DNA of 64,000 bases from Candidatus Dadabacteria bacterium UBA1144 (GTDB lineage: Bacteria; Desulfobacterota_D; UBA1144). The notes below the pieces were generated by a model. It saw nothing but the letters and a program-made list of their open reading frames with translations, had not been told where the DNA came from and did not search any database. The stretch covers positions 116,865-180,864 of the forward strand of contig DCAB01000012.1 of NCBI GenBank assembly GCA_002311855.1. Direction: 5' to 3'. A program made the position numbers and the translations under genes. This document shows positions 58,710-64,000 of this stretch, piece by piece. Position 1 is the stretch's first letter, and each line of letters starts with the position of its first letter.

Positions 58710-60085
58710 ACAACAAAAAGATAAAAAAAATTCATTTTGTGGGAATCGGGGGAATAGGAATGAGTTCTCTTGCTCAATTTCTGTTAAACAAGAACTATCA
58801 AATTAGTGGCTCTGATGTTTCAAAAAATTCTTTTACAAAGAAATTAAAAAAAGAAGGTTGTAAAATTTTTGAAGAACATAATGAAAATAATATTACTAAT
58901 CAAGATTTAATCATTTACTCGTCAGCTATAGATAAAAAAAATCCAGAAATACTAGAAGGTAAAAGGAATAAAATCAAGATAATGTCACGCGGAGAAGCTC
59001 TAGGTTTTTTTACAAAAAAGAATAAAAATATATCCATCTCAGGGTGTCACGGAAAAAGCACAACCACTTCAATGACTCATTTTTTCCTGAATAAGGCAGG
59101 ATTTGATTCAACATTATTTCTTGGTGCTGTAGACAGTAGATTAAAATCTAATGTCTATTTGGGTAATTCAAAATTTTGTGTCATAGAAGCAGATGAAAGT
59201 GACAATAGCCTAAACCATCTTAATTCATTTATTTCTATAGTTACAAATATCGACTACGATCACCTAGATTATTATAAAACTAAAAAGAATCTTATTGCCA
59301 CATTTAAGAAATTTATTATAACGACAAGAGGGAAGTGCATAATTAACAACGATTGTAAAATAACAAGTAAATTAGTGAGAAATATTAATTCAAAAAAAAT
59401 AATAAAGTTTGGTCAATTTAATATTGAATCCAATGATTATTCATTCAAAATTCTAGAAAGTTTAAATGGTTCAAAGTTTGAAATATCGAAAGGACAACAT
59501 TTTCTTGCTTCCTTTGCTTCAAAATTAATCGGCGAATACAATATTTACAACTCCGTGTGCTCAATAATCACTGCTTTAGAAGTGGGTATAGAAATTGAGG
59601 AAATAAAAAAATCATTCAAGACATACAAGGCTCCATTAAGAAGATTCGAAACCATATTCCGTAGCAATTCACTAACAATTGTGGATGATTATGCTCATCA
59701 TCCTAATGCTATTAGGGCAATCAGAAAAAGTTTAGAAGTTAGCCCTCAATATAAAAATATTTTTTTAGTTTTTCAACCCCATCGATTTTCAAGAACAAAA
59801 ATTTTATTTAAGGATTTTGTTAAAGAACTCTCTCTGTGGGAGAATATTTATTTGGTCGATATATATTCAGCATTCGAAAAAACTAGTATAATTTTAGACT
59901 CAATGCTTCTTTACAAGGAAATAAAAAAAATAAATAATAAAATTAAATACTTCTCTAATGATGAATTGTTGATAGAGAAAATTGTTTCCGAATCGACAAA
60001 AAAGGATAGCTTGATTATTACAATGGGGGCTGGGAATATAAGAAATGTCGGATCCACTATCAAAAAAAGAATTGCAAATTCTTGA
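58706..60085 (+). CDS. murC: UDP-MurNAc:L-Ala ligase
   Basis: GIGGIGMS, HGKSTTT, EADESD, DDYAHHP, FQPHRFSRT. Confidence 0.96.
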   Translation: MNNKKIKKIHFVGIGGIGMSSLAQFLLNKNYQISGSDVSKNSFTKKLKKEGCKIFEEHNENNITNQDLIIYSSAIDKKNPEILEGKRNKIKIMSRGEALGFFTKKNKNISISGCHGKSTTTSMTHFFLNKAGFDSTLFLGAVDSRLKSNVYLGNSKFCVIEADESDNSLNHLNSFISIVTNIDYDHLDYYKTKKNLIATFKKFIITTRGKCIINNDCKITSKLVRNINSKKIIKFGQFNIESNDYSFKILESLNGSKFEISKGQHFLASFASKLIGEYNIYNSVCSIITALEVGIEIEEIKKSFKTYKAPLRRFETIFRSNSLTIVDDYAHHPNAIRAIRKSLEVSPQYKNIFLVFQPHRFSRTKILFKDFVKELSLWENIYLVDIYSAFEKTSIILDSMLLYKEIKKINNKIKYFSNDELLIEKIVSESTKKDSLIITMGAGNIRNVGSTIKKRIANS

Positions 60086-60962
60086 TGGTTTTCTTAAAGA
60101 AAGAAGTATCACCTTTGTTAAGAACTATGATATGGGTGAATATTCGTCATGGAAAGTTGGAGCTATAACAAAAATAATAATTTTTCCCGAAAATATTAAC
60201 GAATTTAAAGAAACTATTTTAAAACTTAAAGAAATAGAAATTAGTTTTTTTATCACTGGCAATGCAACAAACACTCTTTTCATTAATTTGCTTCGAACAA
60301 TTATAATCAGCACAAAAAGATTAAAGAAAATTGAATTTATTTCCGACAACGAAATTATAGCCGATTGTGGTTGTTCATTAAGTTTAATATCGAATAGATG
60401 TTTAGAAAGAAATCTTGTGGGATTCGAATTTTCTACAGGAATACCAGGTACAGTTGGTGGAGCACTAATAACAAATGCGGGTGCAAATGAGGGCACAATA
60501 TCTGATTGTCTGAAATCAGTTTTTTTCTTTAAAGATGGGAAAGAAATTGAGGTTCCGAAAAACAAAATTGAATTTAGTTATCGAAGGAGCTCGATTGAAA
60601 AAAACGACATTATAACAAGAGCAAAGTTTAAATTAAATAAAGGGAACGCATCTTTAGTCAAAGAAAAGATCACGGAATATATTAAGCATAGAAATAATAC
60701 TCAACCAGTCCAATATCCGAGTGCTGGAAGTGTGTTCATGAACGATAAACAGATTGAAGCAGGAAAGCTAATAGAGGAGCTTGGTCTTAAGGGTCTAACA
60801 ATCGGTGGCGCACAAGTATCAACTCTGCATGCTAATTACATAATTAATACTGGAAAAGCTAATATTAGTGATATCAAAAATTTGATTGATAAAATAAAAA
60901 ATGAATGCCAGAGAAGGCGTGGCATCAATCTCGAAACCGAAGTAAGAATTGTAGATGAATAA
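60045..60962 (+). CDS. murB: UDP-N-acetylenolpyruvoylglucosamine reductase
   Basis: GIPGTVGGA...NAGA, FSYR, SAGSVF, HANY, LETEV. Confidence 0.95.
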   Translation: MSDPLSKKELQILDGFLKERSITFVKNYDMGEYSSWKVGAITKIIIFPENINEFKETILKLKEIEISFFITGNATNTLFINLLRTIIISTKRLKKIEFISDNEIIADCGCSLSLISNRCLERNLVGFEFSTGIPGTVGGALITNAGANEGTISDCLKSVFFFKDGKEIEVPKNKIEFSYRRSSIEKNDIITRAKFKLNKGNASLVKEKITEYIKHRNNTQPVQYPSAGSVFMNDKQIEAGKLIEELGLKGLTIGGAQVSTLHANYIINTGKANISDIKNLIDKIKNECQRRRGINLETEVRIVDE

Positions 60963-61632
60963 AATCAAAAGTGCTTTATTGTTCTCTGTAGCTTTAATTT
61001 CGATAGGTATTTATTTGTATTTCCCCATCTTTTGCTTTGTGAAAGAAATAGATGTACAAGGCAATACTTTTGTAAATAATGACGAAATTATTCAAACATC
61101 CGAATTATCCGGAAAATTATTAACTTTAATTAATAAAGAAAGGGTCGAAAAAAGGTTATTGTCAATCAAAATTATTAAAAATATAAAATTTGAACAAAAA
61201 AGTCTAAGCAAGATAAAGATATACATAGAAGAAAAGAAAATTGTCATGCTTGCACAGATTGGAGAAAAAACGGGTTACGTTGATTCCGAAAATAATTTCA
61301 TTGAGGGCATAGGTGAGTATGTGGGGGTAAATTTTCCTATTTTTACTTCTGATTCAGCAAAAAGTACGAGATTTGGAATTGAAATTCTAGATTTATTTAA
61401 CAAAAAAAAAATATTTACTCCCGAAAATATATCCGAAATTGCTTATAGTGAAATAACAGGCCTTACCGTCTTTACGACTCAGGACACAACAATTTATATT
61501 GGAAAAGGAAATTTTGAAATGAAGCTAAGAAATCTTCAATTAATCTTGGAAGATGGAAAAGCAAAAGGCAAGAAAGAAGATTTCATTGATATCAGCAACG
61601 AAACAAAGGCTATTGTAAAGTATAGTCTTTAA
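60955..61632 (+). CDS. ftsQ: cell division protein FtsQ/DivIB
   Basis: N-terminal TM plus POTRA-like VKEIDVQGN; position before ftsA. Confidence 0.85.
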   Translation: MNKIKSALLFSVALISIGIYLYFPIFCFVKEIDVQGNTFVNNDEIIQTSELSGKLLTLINKERVEKRLLSIKIIKNIKFEQKSLSKIKIYIEEKKIVMLAQIGEKTGYVDSENNFIEGIGEYVGVNFPIFTSDSAKSTRFGIEILDLFNKKKIFTPENISEIAYSEITGLTVFTTQDTTIYIGKGNFEMKLRNLQLILEDGKAKGKKEDFIDISNETKAIVKYSL

Positions 61633-61649
61633 GATTATAATGGCTAAAA

Positions 61650-62879
61650 ATGGCTCAAGGTAATGTGATAGTCGGTCTAGACATTGGAACAACAAAGATT
61701 TTATGCTTGGTAGCCGAAGTTAACGCACCTGGTGACGTAGAAATTATAGGTGTAAGTACCCACCCATCAAAAGGTCTTCAAAGAGGGATTGTAGTAAATA
61801 TTGAAAGTACGGTTCGATCTATTCGACAAGCCATAGTAGACGCTGAAAAAATGGCCGGAACTGAAATTACAAGTGTCATCGTTGGAATAGCAGGTGGACA
61901 CATAAGAAGCTTAAATGGACATGGAATGATAACGTTACGTAATCGCGAAGTTACGCAAAGAGATATAGATAGAGTTATAGAGTCTGCAACTGCTGGAGCT
62001 CAGCCAGCTGATAGAGAAGTAATTCACGTAATGCCACAAGAATTCATAGTAGATGGGGAGAGAAAAATAAAACATCCAGTTGGTCTATATGGTGTTAAAT
62101 TGGAGGCTAAAATTCACATGGTAACCGCTCAAGTTACTCAAGCACAAAACCTTGTGAAGTGTGTTCATAATTCGGGTCTTGATGTCCAATCTTTGGTTTT
62201 GGAGCAAATTGCATCGAGTGAAGCTGTACTAACTCCTGACGAAAGAGATGTTGGAGTTGTTCTTGTTGATTGTGGAGGAGGGACAACGGACATAGCTGTT
62301 TTTTGTGATGGATCAATTAAGTACACAAGCAATATTACCATTGGTGGTGATTTTCTTGATAATGACATCTCATTTGGCTTAGGTGCATCTAAAGTAGTAG
62401 CGAAAGAGATAAAAGAAAGATATGGAATTGCTTCGGCAGATTTAGTTGATGAAGATGAAGATATTAGAATTGATAAAATTGCTGGCTCTGGAAGAAAAAA
62501 AGTCAGCAAATTGGAATTAGCAAATATAGTTGAACCAAGACTTGAAGAAATTTTTACTATGGCAAGAAGAGAAATTATGAGATCAGGCTACTACGATATG
62601 CTTCCTGCAGGTTGTGTAATTACAGGGGGCTCTATGGCTATGCCAGGGTCCGATTATTTGGCTCAAAAGATTCTAAACATGCCTGTAAGACTTGGCATCC
62701 CTTCTCAAATTTCTGGACTTGAAGAGCTCGTTTCCAAGCCCGAATGTTCAACAGGTGTAGGATTATTACTATGGGGTTCAAACAATCAGGTTTCAAATAA
62801 AAAAATTAGGATTAGAGATCCCCAGGTTTTTAAAAGAGTTTTTAACACTATGAGAACCTGGTTCTCGGATCTTTTTTAG
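61650..62879 (+). CDS. ftsA: cell division protein FtsA
   Basis: GLDIGTTK, DCGGGTTD, C-terminal amphipathic helix WFSDLF. Confidence 0.97.
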   Translation: MAQGNVIVGLDIGTTKILCLVAEVNAPGDVEIIGVSTHPSKGLQRGIVVNIESTVRSIRQAIVDAEKMAGTEITSVIVGIAGGHIRSLNGHGMITLRNREVTQRDIDRVIESATAGAQPADREVIHVMPQEFIVDGERKIKHPVGLYGVKLEAKIHMVTAQVTQAQNLVKCVHNSGLDVQSLVLEQIASSEAVLTPDERDVGVVLVDCGGGTTDIAVFCDGSIKYTSNITIGGDFLDNDISFGLGASKVVAKEIKERYGIASADLVDEDEDIRIDKIAGSGRKKVSKLELANIVEPRLEEIFTMARREIMRSGYYDMLPAGCVITGGSMAMPGSDYLAQKILNMPVRLGIPSQISGLEELVSKPECSTGVGLLLWGSNNQVSNKKIRIRDPQVFKRVFNTMRTWFSDLF

Positions 62880-62984
62880 TCTTTTTTTGTATCTTTTTTT
62901 TCAATATTGTTATACAATTGTACTAAATATGGTATTCTCTAGTCATGGTCCTACCATATATAGATATAATTAGAGGTGTGCATT

Positions 62985-64000
62985 ATGCCGACTTTTGAGA
63001 TTTCTGGAGACTTTGCAAGTTCATCAAAAGAGAATCTTTTCGAAAATTTAGGTGCCAAGATTAAGGTCATAGGCGTGGGAGGAGCTGGGGGGAATGCCGT
63101 CAATAGCATGATTGAAGATAATATTACGGGAGTTGAATTTATCGCCATAAATTCTGATTTCCAGGATTTGCAACAATCCAAAGCAAAAAGAATTATTCAA
63201 ATAGGTAAAAATATCGCCAAAGGACTCGGTGTTGGCGGAGATGCATCCTTGGGGAGTGAGTGTGCAAAAGCTGATCAAAATGATATAACCGAAGCTCTAC
63301 AGGGAGCAGATATGGTTTTTGTAACAGCTGGAATGGGGGGTGGAACTGGAACTGGAGCTTCTCCGGTAATAGCCAAACTGGCAAAAGATGCTGGAGCATT
63401 AACCATTGCTATCGTTACAAAACCTTTTGACTTTGAAGCTAAAAAAAGATTGTATCAAGCAGAACAGGGAATTGAAGAGCTGACTAAGGAAGTGGATTCT
63501 TTAATTGTTATTCCTAATGATAAATTAAGTGAAATTCAACAAATATCTGGGATATTAGAATCATTTAAAGCTGCTGATGATGTGCTTTCAAAGGCCGTCA
63601 GAGGAATAGCAGATATAATTGTTGGATCGGGCTTTATAAATGTCGATTTTGCTGACATTAAAAAAATAATGCAAGAGAGTGGTGGGAAGGCCCTTATGGG
63701 AACAGGGGATGGTGAGGGAACCTCCAGAGCAATCGAAGCTGCTGAAAATGCGATTACCAGCCCGCTACTTGAAGACATCTCCATTGATGGAAGTACTGGG
63801 ATTCTTATAAATGTTACAGCTTCAAGTAATTTTACAGTCGCCGAACTCAATGAAGCTTGTAATCATATTAGAGCCAGAGCAAGTTCAGAAGTAGATTTAA
63901 TCTTTGGTTTGGTTATTAATGAAAGCATGGGCGAGAAAGTGAGAATCACGGTTATTGCCACAGGCATCGATGGTGCCAAAAGAAAAAAAATTCAAGAAGA
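62985..64000 (+). CDS. ftsZ: cell division protein FtsZ (runs off window end; absent from ORF track)
   Basis: ATG 62985 with GAGGTG SD; [38 protein letters not shown]. Confidence 0.97.
   Translation, partial: MPTFEISGDFASSSKENLFENLGAKIKVIGVGGAGGNAVNSMIEDNITGVEFIAINSDFQDLQQSKAKRIIQIGKNIAKGLGVGGDASLGSECAKADQNDITEALQGADMVFVTAGMGGGTGTGASPVIAKLAKDAGALTIAIVTKPFDFEAKKRLYQAEQGIEELTKEVDSLIVIPNDKLSEIQQISGILESFKAADDVLSKAVRGIADIIVGSGFINVDFADIKKIMQESGGKALMGTGDGEGTSRAIEAAENAITSPLLEDISIDGSTGILINVTASSNFTVAELNEACNHIRARASSEVDLIFGLVINESMGEKVRITVIATGIDGAKRKKIQE

Noticed and set aside
1-64000. CRISPR arrays, IS/prophage/integrase genes, tRNA/rRNA, defence systems
   Set aside because: Nearly all sequence is explained by housekeeping CDS; intergenic gaps are short and contain no repeat-spacer arrays, tRNA motifs or transposase ORFs

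Overview
AT-rich (roughly 30-33% GC by eye), very gene-dense bacterial chromosome segment from a Gram-negative organism. Gene content and compaction suggest a streamlined marine deltaproteobacteria-related lineage such as Candidatus Dadabacteria; this is inference, not tested. The window is mostly housekeeping: cofD-cofE (F420) divergent from a cobalamin riboswitch-btuB-btuF-like unit, fabH-pgi, aroA-cmk-ispH-sppA, lipA-apgM, mazG, a murQ-anmK-nagZ-Na+/solute symporter operon, purH, a 545-aa outer-membrane barrel plus TolC, a PiT-like transporter plus porin, a deoxyhypusine-synthase-like gene, trkA-trkH, ribF-aroE-thrC-thiE, recJ, aroQ, murJ and the dcw cluster from mraZ to a truncated ftsZ. 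I found no mobile elements, CRISPR, rRNA, tRNA or defence island, and no large clearly novel system. The best candidates for undescribed biology are: (1) a symporter-based peptidoglycan-sugar uptake and recycling operon; (2) a hidden 23-codon leader ORF between the B12 riboswitch and btuB; (3) unusual translation initiation, namely a murJ start that appears to be ATA/ATT, many apparently leaderless genes, and a Met-Ala-stop mini-uORF in front of the DHS-like gene; (4) a PiT-like/porin phosphate module with a nearby unannotated 44-aa lipoprotein. All family assignments come from motif recognition, not database searches.
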